From positions 204,418-268,417 of the forward strand of contig NW_003314313.1 in assembly GCF_000143415.4 (NCBI RefSeq): a stretch of 64,000 bases of DNA. The letters run 5' to 3'. The notes beneath the pieces are model-generated. The model was not told the DNA's origin. It did no database searches and saw only the letters and a program-made list of their open reading frames with translations. Below are positions 50,908-62,355 of the stretch, in pieces. The position numbers and the translations under genes are program-made. This DNA is from Selaginella moellendorffii. Its lineage: Eukaryota; Plantae; Lycopodiophyta. Within the stretch, counting starts at the first letter, position 1. Each line of letters starts with the position of its first letter.

Positions 50908-51932
50908 TGGTACCAGCTCCTACTTGGTCCTACTTGGTTTCAGCTACTCACTACACGAGCAACGGAGCATTAGCCATCCATCCACGGATTCCCAAATCTC
51001 TCCCAATCCCCCTCCCCGGGTTAGACTGAACTTAAGGTTCGGCTACACTCCCTGCAGGCACAAGTAGCCAAGCACACCAAGCCTCCAGATTCCTAACATC
51101 CCTTGGTACCACAAGACTTGATCATGGGACCCTCTAAATCCCAAGTCTTGAGTGCAACACTTGCTTTGGGACGCTGGGGTGAAACACCGTGGCCTAACGG
51201 CTCAGTATGGGTACCTCTACACCCCCTCTTCCATCCCAAAGGGAAGGTCCAAGCCCCTAGGAAGGGCGAGGACCAATGAGCCACATAGTACTTAAGTGGG
51301 GCACCACTCCACATGAGCCGGGAGCACCACAGTCAGTTTCCCTTTCGGGAGTGGGAGCTGCTCTTGAGCACTTCCTTGGATGGCCCTCCGGCACCAACCA
51401 AGTCCATGCTCACTTCCACCCAAGGCCCCTCGATCCCAATCTCAACCTTAAGTCAGTTTGGAAGCCCCACTGGAGAGTTCCTTCAAAATTGATTCCTAGA
51501 CCTCACTATCCCTACTATACTTTTGGAACCACCTGCAGCCCCCCCCCCCCCCCCCCCCCCCTGGGAGACACACGCTTTGGGCTTTCACCCCTTGACCCGT
51601 ATTAGTACTCGGACTCGGTCTCGATCTCGGACTTGATCTCGGACCCGACTTCGGACTCGGTCTCGGACTCGATCTCGGACTCGACTTCAGACTCGACCTC
51701 GGACTCGGTCTGGGACCCGATTTGGATTTCGGACTCTGTCTCGAACTCGGTCTCGAACTTGGTCTCCGATTCGGCCTCGGACTCGATCCCGGACTCTATC
51801 TCGAACTCGGTCTCAGAGTTGGTCTTGGACTCGATCTTCGACTTGGTCCCATCTGATGAACTCTTTGTCATTTTTGGTCATGCTTTCGGGGATCCTTTAG
51901 CCTACGACACCTTGGCGAGTTGGTTCTTTACA
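50908..51932 (-). mobile_element. Inverted, one-end-truncated LTR of the same family inside pol
   Basis: Reverse complement of the LTR, starting TGTAAAGAACC at 51932 and truncated after ggtaccat. Confidence 0.88.
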
Positions 51933-53051
51933 CGGACTCATTTGTTACAAACAAACGAGGGTGTATGTTCTAAAAGGGAACTAAGAAAAGTAGCCTTAGA
52001 AGAGTGTCATGATGGACCTCTTGCGGGACACGGCAGAGTACCCAAGACGATGGGCTTACTCAAGAGGAAGTACCATTGGCCAGATATGGCTAAGGACGTC
52101 CAAGACTATGTAAATACATGTCCAACATGTGAGCAGGTCAAAGCCGTGACTAAGGCTAGTGGGGGCTTGTTACAAAGCATCCCAATTCCAGATCGCCTAT
52201 GGAAATGTCTTACGATGAACTTCATCATGGGACTTCCCCCCAGCAGGGGGTTTGATGCGATATTCGTGGTGGTGGACCGATTTTCGAAGATGGCATATTT
52301 CATACCCACCACAACGGAAGTGGATGCAGAAGGTGTGGTGAAGTTGTTCTTCGAACAAGTAGTTCGAGTGCGAGGAAGGCCAGAAGAGATCATCTCAGAT
52401 CGAGATAAGATCTTCACCAGTAGGTTCTAGAGAACTCTCCTGGAACAATATCGCACCAAGTTAAAATTCAGCACAGCCTACCACCCACAGACAGGTATGG
52501 GGTATTAAGTCAAGTTTGATGGCACTAACAGTTCTTGATAGACGGACAAACGGAAAGGGTGAATAGGCAGCTAGAGGATTATTTGCGATGCTATGTCTCA
52601 GGAGACTAAACCGATTGGGTAAGTCACTTAGGACTTGTGGAAATGTGTTATAACAACTCACCACATTCGAGTATTAGGGTGAGTCCATGGGAAATCATCA
52701 ATGGGCGAGCTATTGAAGGTCCTGTGGAGCTCGGCGTGGCCAAGTACCATGGAGAGTTACCTGCAGTGGAGGCATTCATGGTGGAAAGATTCAACATTTG
52801 GAATCTAGTGAGGGATTCCTTGGAACGGGCTCAACAAAGGCAAACCAAATATGCAAACCAAAAGCGTCAGGATGTAGAGTTCCAAGCTGGGGAGAAGGTG
52901 TGGCTAAACACCAAGAACCTCAGGCTGCCAAGTGGAATCAACCGGAAGTTGACCCAAAGGTAAAAATGCATGTATTCCTGGAATTGAATTGATCTTGAGT
53001 TCCTTAACCAGGTTCGCGAGGCCTTACGAAATTGAGGCATGAATCGGTAAA

Positions 53052-53393
53052 GTGGCTTACCGTCTCCGACTTCCTCGAGAGATAGGGAAGATGCACCCAG
53101 TGTTCCATGTGAACCTACTCAAGCCGTACTTTGATGATCCGCTTCGTAAGGACCAAGTGAGACCTTTACCTGAGGTTATCCAAGGGGAAGAGGAATACAA
53201 AGTGGAGGCCATCCTCAATATGCGCAAGAGCAAGCGACAAGGACACAAGGTGAGAGAGTTCCATGTGAAGTGGAAAGGATTTCCACATTGCGAAGCAACA
53301 TGGGAACCGGAGGAGAACCTAGCGAATGCACGAGATCTAGTGGAGGAATTTCTGCAAAGCAGAACTCTATGTACTTATGCAAAGTTCAATTAA
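53052..53393 (+). pseudogene. Integrase C-terminus with chromodomain
   Basis: HPVFHVNLLKPY; EYKVEAIL...FHVKWKGFPHCEATWEPEENL. Confidence 0.9.
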
Positions 53394-53797
53394 AGTATCA
53401 ATTTGTGAAGTTGAGTAATGGCATATGTTGGGACCCGAAGGCATGCCGAAGGTAAGCTAATTAGCATGGGTTAGCTAAGTCAACCAAGTGTAGAGAACTA
53501 TGCCTAACTCCCCACGGGGATGTCGAATCCGTAGATGTATTCTACGGAGGTTGAGTTCGAGTCCCAACCCCCTAGTAAAGCAAGGTTAGTTTCAAGTCCC
53601 AACCCCATACTAGGGCGTGGTGGGATGAGGAGTATAGGGACACTTATATTCCATTGTCATGGGCTCTTGGCTAGGCAGGCTAACTTAGGCACACCGCTAA
53701 GTGGGGGGATGCCCCCGGAGACATGGTCAACAAGTCGTAGGATTAAAAAGAGAGATGTTCGATGTGGGCATCGAACTTCTTTTATGGGTGGTGGAGT

Positions 53798-54916
53798 TAT
53801 AAGGAACTAACTCCCTGAGGTGTCATAGGCTAAAAGATCCCCGAAAGCATGACCGAAATGACAAAGAGTTCATCGGATGGGATCGAGTCTAAGATCGAGT
53901 CCAAAACCGACTCTAAGACCGAGTTCAAGATAGAGTCTGGGATCGAGTCTGAGGCCGACTCGGAGACTGAGTTCGAGGCCGAGTTCAAAACCAAGTTTGA
54001 GATAGAGTCCGAGATCCAAAATCGGGTCCGAGACCGAATCCGAAATCGAGTCTGAGATCGGGTCCAAGATCGGGTCCGAGATCGAGTCCAAGATCGAGTC
54101 CGAGACCGAGTCCGAGTACTAATATAGGTCAAGGGGTGAAAGCCCAAAACATGCATCTCCCAGAGGAAGGGGGGGGGGGGCTACAGGGGGTTCCAAAAGT
54201 ATAATAAGAATAGTGAGGTCTAGGAACCAATTTTGAAGGAATTCTCCAATAGGGCTTCCAAACTGACTTGAGGTTGGGATTAGGACCGAGGGGCCTTGGG
54301 TGGGAGTGAGCATGGACTTGGTTGGTGCCGGAAGGGCCATCCAAGGAAGTGCTCAAGAGCAGCTCCCACTCCCGAAAGGGAAACTCACTGCAGTGCTCCC
54401 GGCTCATGTGGAGTGGTGCCCCACTTGAGTACCTTGTGGCTCATTAGTCCCCGCCCTTCCTAGGGGCTTGGACCTTCCCTTTGGGATGGAAGTGGGGGGG
54501 GTAGAGGTACCCATACCAGGCCGTGAGGCCACGGTGTTTTCCCCCAACGTCCTCAAGCCGGTGTTGCACTCAAGACTTGGGATTTAGAGGGTCCCATGAT
54601 CAAGTCTTATGGTACCAAGGGATGTTAGGAATCTGCAGGCTTGGTGTGCTTGGCTACTTGTGCCTGCAGGGAGTGTTGCCGAACCTTAAGTTCAGTCTAA
54701 CCCGGGGAGGGGGATTGGGAGAGATTTGCGAATCCGTGGATAGATGGCTAATGCTCCGTTGCTCATGTAGTGAGTAGCTAAAACCAAGTAGGACCAAGTA
54801 ATAGTTAATACCATAGGTGGGAACCTTGGCGAGGGAACTTAGCTAAAGCCAAGGCAGTGTTGGTCAGATAGACGAGGTAAGCTGGCAAATTGGAAATGAA
54901 AAATTTGTGGCTTACA
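53798..54916 (+). repeat. 3' LTR
   Basis: Follows the PPT, ends CTTACA and is followed by TSD TTTAG. Confidence 0.9.
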
Positions 54917-55324
54917 TTTAGAGTGTGAAATTGTGATGGGGCAATTTAAAGGGACAAAAGTTTTTATCCCACGTATCACACTAATACCATCAAATGCAGA
55001 AATTCCGTTTAAAATGTCCAAAAGACAATTTCCAATCCGTTTAGATTACTGCTTAACAATTTCTAAATGCCAAGGACAAACATTTGACCGAGTTGGAGTT
55101 TACTTGCCCCACCCAATTTTCACTCATGAGTAACTTTATATGGCTTTATCAAGATGCATATCACCACATGGACTTGGAATTAAAATTCAAAACACCACAC
55201 ACCAAGGCCACCTCCTTCCTCAAAATCCTTATGCTTTTACAATCAACACTGTTTATAAAGACATTTTATATTAAACCTCTCTGTAAACCACCCAACATTT
55301 GCTGGGCAAGTACTCCTTCTCTAG
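54917..55324 (+). mobile_element. Helitron 2 3' part (helicase C-terminus and degenerate terminus)
   Basis: TISKCQGQTFDRVG. The end cccaacatttgctgggcaagtactcc is homologous to the Helitron 1 end but has CTCC in place of CTAG. Confidence 0.8.
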
Positions 55325-55560
55325 ATATTAGTGCTATGTTGAATTTCCAAAACAAAGCAAGCCATAACATTTATAATGACTTTAATATTATAAATCGTAA
55401 TGATAAACCTCAATAATAGAAACCTCTTTGTAAACCACATAAGGCTATAACCATAACCATAACTATAAGGCTATAAGGGTGTAACCATATCGATTGTCGT
55501 CAACTAAGAAGTAGTATTGGAAGTAAGCGCGGAGATTGCTTGCGCAAACACCTTGAAACT

Positions 55561-56271
55561 TCAACTGCTCATACCTTGGGCTTGTGCTACAGCGATCTCA
55601 CCCCCGACCACCTCGGCCCGCTCGCAAAACTGGGCCTTTCCACTCCTCCGGTGGCACTCCATCAGCAGCTTCCTGGTGGTGTTCATCGCATACTCCCAGC
55701 AATTCTTGTCGTGATGGCTGTACTGCGGGTCATGATTCTCCAGAATCCTCATGAGCTCGTGCAGTTCCAGCGGCGTATCCTCACAATCGAAATTCAGCAG
55801 CTTGGCATTGGTATACTCGCCTAGACTGCGAACGAGGGTGATATTGATCCCGCATTCTTCGCCAGGGCCACACTTCTCGGCAAGGAAGAATTGCTCCACG
55901 CCCCCGACGACCAGCACAATCACCAGGAAGTCGTGGTTGATGATCGACTTTGGATTGATGCAGTTAGTGGCGAGGGCGGCTGTTGCTTCGATGGCGCCCT
56001 GCAAGCCCTTGGTCAAGCTCCTGGTGAAGCCGTTTGTGAGGCCGGATTGGCAGTAGACGATGGCACGGAGGAGCGAGGGGCTGGATCGCTCAAGAGCGAC
56101 GAAATCAAGGAGATCCTTGGGCTTGAGATGGTTTCTGATTTCGCCTGGAATTATGGCTGACGAGGAGACCACTCCAAAGCTGTGGAGCAGCGTTTTGCTG
56201 CCATCGTACAAGCCCTGCGCAACATGAGTTGATGTAGAGCTCTTGGCCACCGACTTGGAGATTTTCGACAT
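55561..56271 (-). CDS. Orphan ORF copy 1 (236 aa), putative permuted papain-fold (PPPDE/LRAT-like) protein
   Basis: Intronless and GC3-rich; NHDFLV...LAEK and YSHHDKNCWEYA motifs. Confidence 0.55.
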   Translation of the reverse strand: MSKISKSVAKSSTSTHVAQGLYDGSKTLLHSFGVVSSSAIIPGEIRNHLKPKDLLDFVALERSSPSLLRAIVYCQSGLTNGFTRSLTKGLQGAIEATAALATNCINPKSIINHDFLVIVLVVGGVEQFFLAEKCGPGEECGINITLVRSLGEYTNAKLLNFDCEDTPLELHELMRILENHDPQYSHHDKNCWEYAMNTTRKLLMECHRRSGKAQFCERAEVVGGEIAVAQAQGMSS

Positions 56272-56620
56272 TGTTGGAGATGGAGAAACAAAGCTCAGGA
56301 GCTCTCCTGGGAAGAAGAACGCGTTTTTCTAGGCGGCAGCCCACACTCCGGATGAGCTCACCGGCGGGTAGAGCCCAGGGAGTGGGGTCGGCGGGAGACT
56401 CGACGTGCTGACTCTCCTTCGGCGCTCCGTCGTTCCCCGCCCTCCGACCGGCGGGTGCGGTCGACACCGTCTGTGGGGCTCGGCACCCCGAAAACCCACC
56501 ACCGTCGTGCTATTGGCCACTGCTTCCAAGGGATTGGGAAGAAGAACGCGTTTCTAGGCGGCAAGCGCCAGGAAGCATCGTTTGATGCTAGAAGGTTCCT
56601 CTAGCTAAAACACATTGCTA

Positions 56621-56990
56621 TCTCCAGTTTGGGCGTCTTACCAGGTAAAAAACTCTCATTCTTTCCACAACTAAATCATATCTCTTCGTGTCTTCTTCCA
56701 GAAAAATGGTGGACAGCCTTCGCCGGCCATGAGCTTTGATTTCCGTTTCAAGCTATGGTGGATCATTCTCGCGAGTCTCGCCGTCAATATAGCTTGGCAA
56801 AAGGTGGGAATTTTTCCATTCCAGAAGAGAAGAAAAAGAAATTCTCACTTGATAACGTGCGTTCCAGGTCGTAGTGGAAGGCCCACTGGCACGGATTTTA
56901 GCTGCAAAGTATCCCTCAAAGCGACAAAAGCTACACATTTAGAGTATATTTTTAGAATCGCCAAGAATGTACGGTACCAAAAATTTAAAT
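56621..56990 (+). pseudogene. Inverted copy of the P5-ATPase last exons and 3' flank (~15632-15998)
   Basis: Direct sequence match, introns retained. Confidence 0.9.
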
Positions 56991-57011
56991 CTGAAGGGCA
57001 AACGCCATCTT

Positions 57012-57304
57012 GAATTCGTTGGTTAAGCATATATCCTTTTCAAAAGCTCTCTAGAAGTTTACTCACCGTTTAGCTGCACGTCGCTAAGAACTCTCCGAAA
57101 GACAAACGGGGAAATGTTAATCAGTCTCAGGGTCTCATCAATCACCTTCACAGACAGTCAGCAGTCATAAAGAACTCGAAGAAACTTTAGCATACTCTAG
57201 ACATGTATGCGGTCTAGAGTCTAGAGTCTCGAGTCCAGAGTCTAGTCAGGTCTAGTCATGCTCCTGATGCGCCTCTTGTGCACGAGGGGATCCATGTGTA
57301 CTTG
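57012..57304 (-). pseudogene. Inverted CYP88 fragments (~27297-27493 and ~27543-27573) joined by tctagag-repeat filler
   Basis: Direct sequence match to the CYP88 ETLR exon and flanking introns. Confidence 0.88.
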
Positions 57305-57458
57305 CTAGAGAAAGAGAAATTATATATTTGCGGTCATGACAAATAGCAATGTGTTTTAGCTAGAGGAACCTTCTAGCATCAAACGATGCTTCCTGGCGCT
57401 TGCCGCCTAGAAACGCGTTCTTCTTCCCAATCCCTTGGAAGCAGTGGCCAATAGCACG
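57301..57458 (+). promoter_or_regulatory. Copy of the family B copy 3 core promoter / 5' UTR (~22887-23013) placed upstream of the orphan ORF
   Basis: ctagagaaagagaaattata...ttggaagcagtggccaatagcacg; the following ATG is replaced by ACG. Confidence 0.75.
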
Positions 57459-57696
57459 ACGGTGGTGGGTTTTCGGGGTGCCGAGCCCCACAGACGGTGT
57501 CGACCGCACCCGCCGGTCGGAGGGCGGGGAACGACGGAGCGCCGAAGGAGAGTCAGCACGTCGAGTCTCCCGCCGACCCCACTCCCTGGGCTCTACCCGC
57601 CGGTGAGCTCATCCGGAGTGTGGGCTGCCGCCTAGAAAAACGCGTTCTTCTTCCCAGGAGAGCTCCTGAGCTTTGTTTATTGCTCCATCTCCAACA

Positions 57697-58407
57697 ATGT
57701 CGAAAATCTCCAAGTCGGTGGCCAAGAGCTCTACATCAACTCATGTTGCGCAGGGCTTGTACGATGGCAGCAAAACGCTGCTCCACAGCTTTGGAGTGGT
57801 CTCCTCGTCAGCCATAATTCCAGGCGAAATCAGAAACCATCTCAAGCCCAAGGATCTCCTTGATTTCGTCGCTCTTGAGCGATCCAGCCCCTCGCTCCTC
57901 CGTGCCATCGTCTACTGCCAATCCGGCCTCACAAACGGCTTCACCAGGAGCTTGACCAAGGGCTTGCAGGGCGCCATCGAAGCAACAGCCGCCCTCGCCA
58001 CTAACTGCATCAATCCAAAGTCGATCATCAACCACGACTTCCTGGTGATTGTGCTGGTCGTCGGGGGCATGGAGCAATTCTTCCTTGCCGAGAAGTGTGG
58101 CCCTGGCGAAGAATGCGGGATCAATATCACCCTCGTTCGCAGTCTAGGCGAGTATACCAATGCCAAGCTGCTGAATTTCGATTGTGAGGATACGCCGCTG
58201 GAACTGCACGAGCTCATGAGGATTCTGGAGAATCATGACCCGCAGTACAGCCATCACGACAAGAATTGCTGGGAGTATGCGATGAACACCACCAAGAAGC
58301 TGCTGATGGAGTGCCACCGGAGGAGTGGAAAGGCCCAGTTTTGCGAGCGGGCCGAGGTGGTCGGGGGTGAGATCGCTGTAGCACAAGCCCAAGGTATGAG
58401 CAGTTGA
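57697..58407 (+). CDS. Orphan ORF copy 2 (236 aa from the ATG)
   Basis: Nearly identical to copies 1 and 3. Confidence 0.55.
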   Translation: MSKISKSVAKSSTSTHVAQGLYDGSKTLLHSFGVVSSSAIIPGEIRNHLKPKDLLDFVALERSSPSLLRAIVYCQSGLTNGFTRSLTKGLQGAIEATAALATNCINPKSIINHDFLVIVLVVGGMEQFFLAEKCGPGEECGINITLVRSLGEYTNAKLLNFDCEDTPLELHELMRILENHDPQYSHHDKNCWEYAMNTTKKLLMECHRRSGKAQFCERAEVVGGEIAVAQAQGMSS

Positions 58408-59706
58408 AGTTTCAAGGTGTTTGCGCAAGCAATCTCCGCGCTTACTTCCAATACTACTTCTTAGTTGACGACAATCGATATGGTTACACCCTTATAGCCT
58501 TATAGTTATGGTTATGGTTATAGCCTTATGCGGTTTACAAAGAGGTTTCTATTATTGAGGTTTATCATTACGATTTATAATATTAAAGTCATTATAAATG
58601 TTATGGCTTGCTTTGTTTTGGAAATTCAACATAGCATTAATATCTAGAGAAGGAGTACTTGCCCAGCAAATGTTGGGTGGTTTACAGAGAGGTTTAATAT
58701 AAAATATCTTTATAAACAGTGTTGATTGTAAAAGCATAAGGATTTTGAGGAAGGAGGTGGCCTTGGTGTGTGGTGTTTTGAATTTTAATTCCAAGTCCAT
58801 GTGGTGATATGCATCTTGATAAAGCCATATAAAGTTACCCATGAGTGAAAATTGGGTGGGGCAAGTAAACTCCAACTCGGTCAAATGTTTGTCCTTGGCA
58901 TTTAGAAATTGTTAAGCAGTAACCTAAACGGATTGGAAATTGTCTTTTGGACATTTTAAACGGAATTTCTGCATTTGATGGTATTAGTGTGATACGTGGG
59001 ATAAAAAATTTTGTCCCTTTAAATTGCCCCATCACAATTTCACACTCTAAATGTAAGCCACAAATTTTTCATTTCCAATTTGCCAGCTTACCTCGTCTAT
59101 CTGATCAACACCGCCTTGGCTTTAGTTAAGTTCCCTCGCTAAGGTTCCCACCTATGGTATTAACTCTTACTTGGTCATACTTGATTTCAGCTACTCACTA
59201 CACGAGCAACGGAGCGTTAGCCATCTATCCACGGATTCCCAAATCTCTCCCAATCCCCCTCCCCGGGTTAGACTGAACTTAAGGTTCGGCAACACTCCCT
59301 GCAGGCACAAGTAGCTAAGCACACCAAGCCTGCAGATTCCTAACATCCCTTGGTACTACAAGACTTGATCATGGGACCCTTTAAATCCTAAGTCTTGAGT
59401 GCAACACCGGCTTGAGGATGCCGGGGCAAAACACCCTGGCCTCACGGCCTGGTATGGGTACCTCTACCCCCCCCTCCCACTTCCATCCCGAAGGGAAGGT
59501 CCAAGCCCCTAGGAAGGGCGAGGACTAATGAGCCACAAGGTACTCAAGTGGGGCACCACTCCACATGAGCCGGGAGCACCGCAATTAGTTTCTCTTTCAG
59601 GAGTGGGAGTTGCTCTTGAGCACTTCCTTGGATGGCCCCTCCGGCACCAGCCAAATCCATGCTTACTCCCACCCAACGCCCCTCGGTCCCAGTCCCAACC
59701 TCAAGT

Positions 59707-61513
59707 CATGATGATGCTCTCGCAATTGTCACAGAGACAGGTATATCCTTCTGCCATGGTTTTTTCTTTCACTAAGGAACGTGTTTTTTCTGTGACCCAG
59801 GTATGTCAACCTCCAAAGGCGAACTGGTTGTGACGATTTTGTACCCTCAAAAGCTCATCTTCAAGTACGATGAGGAGCTCCAAATCGTTGCCTGTCTTCT
59901 TTTTATCTACGCTATCATATGCTTTGTTGTGTCCATATAAAGTTTCAGGTATATATCCATGTTTCTCTATATGAAATCATTTCCGTCTATTGTGGACCAG
60001 AACATGAACGGACAGCAGAGTATTTGGGTGACAAAGTGGATCTACTGTATGTTCATCATAAATCAGATAATGTCGCCACTATTGCCGGTCGCTCTTGAAG
60101 TTGGACAAATTCACGCTCTGGAGAGTTTAAAGGCACGCCTTCTTACCTCCTGTTTCCAGTTCCTTATGTTGTTCTTTCAGAAGCGTGGGGTGTTTTGCCT
60201 CAATCCAAAGCGCATAGGTTATCGCTGGGAAAATACGAGTTTTCTGTTTTGACAAAACTGGGACATTGACAAAAGAGGGACTCGATTTTGTTGGAGTTCA
60301 GAGTGTCGTCACTAACTCCTTTGGACCAGTTTTATCACTTGAAGGTGGTCAAAGAATTGATGATATTGTTTTGCATGGACTTGCCACATGTCATGCTGTT
60401 ACAAAGTTCGGAAAGGACTTGGTTGGAAACCAGGTTGAGGTAAATTTGTAATTTTCGCCAGAAAAGCTTGGATGATCTTTTGTGTGACAGGTGAAAATGT
60501 TCTCAGCTGTGGGATGGAATTTGATAGAGTCCGCAAAGAGTCCCCCAGTCGTTTCAGATGGTTCCGGATCACGGACCTTTAGAATCGTGAGACGAAACGA
60601 GTTTGATCAATCGAGAGCAACAATGAGTGTTGTTGTGGAGGACAACTCTGGAAACTTTCACATCTACTGCAAGGTTCTTGCGTCTAGCATTTGCTCATTA
60701 ATATTTCCGTTCAAGCATGGCAGGGTTCTTTCGAAAAGATTAAGGAGCTGAGCAACGCTCAAAGCCTTCCAGCGGACTACGAGGACAGAGCACGGCTTCA
60801 AGCTCTGCAAGGTTGTTATGTTCTTGGTTTAAGCTACAGGTGCACGCTGTTTCCTCAGTCTTCCATGTTTTGCAGCTGGCTTTTTATACTGTTTTCTTCC
60901 CTGAACCTTGCAGATACCTTGGCCGAGAACTGGCATTTGAAGACATGTTAGCACTACCAAGGAATGAGTTGGAGAAGGACCTATATTTTATATCTCTGGT
61001 CTTGTTTAGGAACGAGCTAAAGCCGGATAGCTCTGCAGCTATTCATTCTCTCAAAGCTGGAAAGGTACGTTGTCTATATTGATTCCGCTGGAGAACGAAA
61101 TGCTCCTGGTCTATAGGTTCGTCCCGTGATGTTTACCGGTGATAATGCTCAATGCGGCCACTATATTGCTAAACAATCTGGTATGTTCTCTACTGACTGT
61201 AAGATACTACTGGCTGATATAACGAACGACAACAGGTTGGTCTTATTCTTTATGAAAGATCTTTCTAACGATAGTTTTGTCTCTGTAGCGTGGTATGGTC
61301 TCCACTGAGTAGTAAAGTGACAACGGGTATAAGCCGCATGACCACCGAAGAACTACTTCAAAGTAGAGCGAGCTTACTTGAGGACGGGACCTTGGAACTT
61401 GCGGTTACGGGTAAAGCTTTTAACGGCTTACAAGAATCCAAGAGAACGGACGACTTACTTCTTTACACACGAATCTTCGCAAGATTCACTCCTTCCGATA
61501 AGATTCATCTTGT
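59707..61513 (+). pseudogene. 1.8-kb inverted genomic copy of the P5-ATPase core (~17095-18928)
   Basis: Introns retained, DKTGT exon present, frameshift near 60218. Confidence 0.92.
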
Positions 61514-62355
61514 GCCTGCAGGGAGTGTTGCCGAACCTTAAGTTCAGTCTAACCCGGGGAGGGGGATTGGGAGAGATTTGGGAATCCGTGGATAGATGGC
61601 TAACGCTCCGTTGCTCGTGTAGTGAGTAGCTGAAATCAAGTATGACCAAGTAAGAGTTAATACCATAGGTGGGAACCTTAGCGAGGGAACTTAACTAAAG
61701 CCAAGGCGGTGTTGATCAGATAGACGAGGTAAGCTGGCAAATTGGAAATGAAAAATTTGTGGCTTACATTTAGAGTGTGAAATTGTGATGGGGCAATTTA
61801 AAGGGACAAAAGTTTTTATCCCACGTATCACACTAATACCATCAAATGCAGAAATTCCGTTTAAAATGTCCAAAAGACAATTTCCAATCCGTTTAGGTTA
61901 CTGCTTAACAATTTCTAAATGCCAAGGACAAACATTTGACCGAGTTGGAGTTTACTTGCCCCACCCAATTTTCACTCATGGGTAACTTTATATGGCTTTA
62001 TCAAGATGCATATCACCACATGGACTTAGAATTAAAATTCAAAACACCACACACCAAGGCCACCTCCTTCCTCAAAATCCTTATGCTTTTACAATCAACA
62101 CTGTTTATAAAGACATTTTATATTAAACCTCTCTGTAAACCACCCAACATTTGCTGGGCAAGTACTCCTTCTCTAGATATTAGTGCTATGTTGAATTTCC
62201 AAAACAAAGCAAGCCATAACATTTATAATGACTTTAATATTATAAATCGTAATGATAAACCTCAATAATAGAAACCTCTTTGTAAACCACATAAGGCTAT
62301 AACCATAACCATAACTATAAGGCTATAAGGGTGTAACCATATCGATTGTCGTCAA

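Larger units (their letters stand above)
39085..54916 (+). mobile_element. Ty3/gypsy chromovirus-type LTR retrotransposon (defective), composite
   Basis: LTRs at 39085-40111 and 53798-54916, both ending CTTACA. TSD TTTAG at 39080-39084 and 54917-54921. tRNA-iMet-type PBS TGGTATCGGAGC at 40115 and a PPT before 53798. Gag CCHC, protease, RT (YIDN), RNase H, integrase and a chromodomain are present. Confidence 0.93.
54264..59708. repeat. Palindrome I: arms 54264-56621 and 57343-59708 with a ~720-bp spacer
   Basis: The LTR end, Helitron tail, orphan ORF and TM-gene 5' UTR are repeated in inverted orientation. Confidence 0.93.

Noticed and set aside
51602-51871. S/E/T-rich repetitive ORFs (also at 39136 and 53849)
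   Set aside because: They are translations of the hexamer tandem array inside the LTR, not genes or CRISPR-like arrays.
56729-57013. 94-aa ORF with a TM segment
   Set aside because: It is read-through of the copied P5-ATPase penultimate exon and intron.
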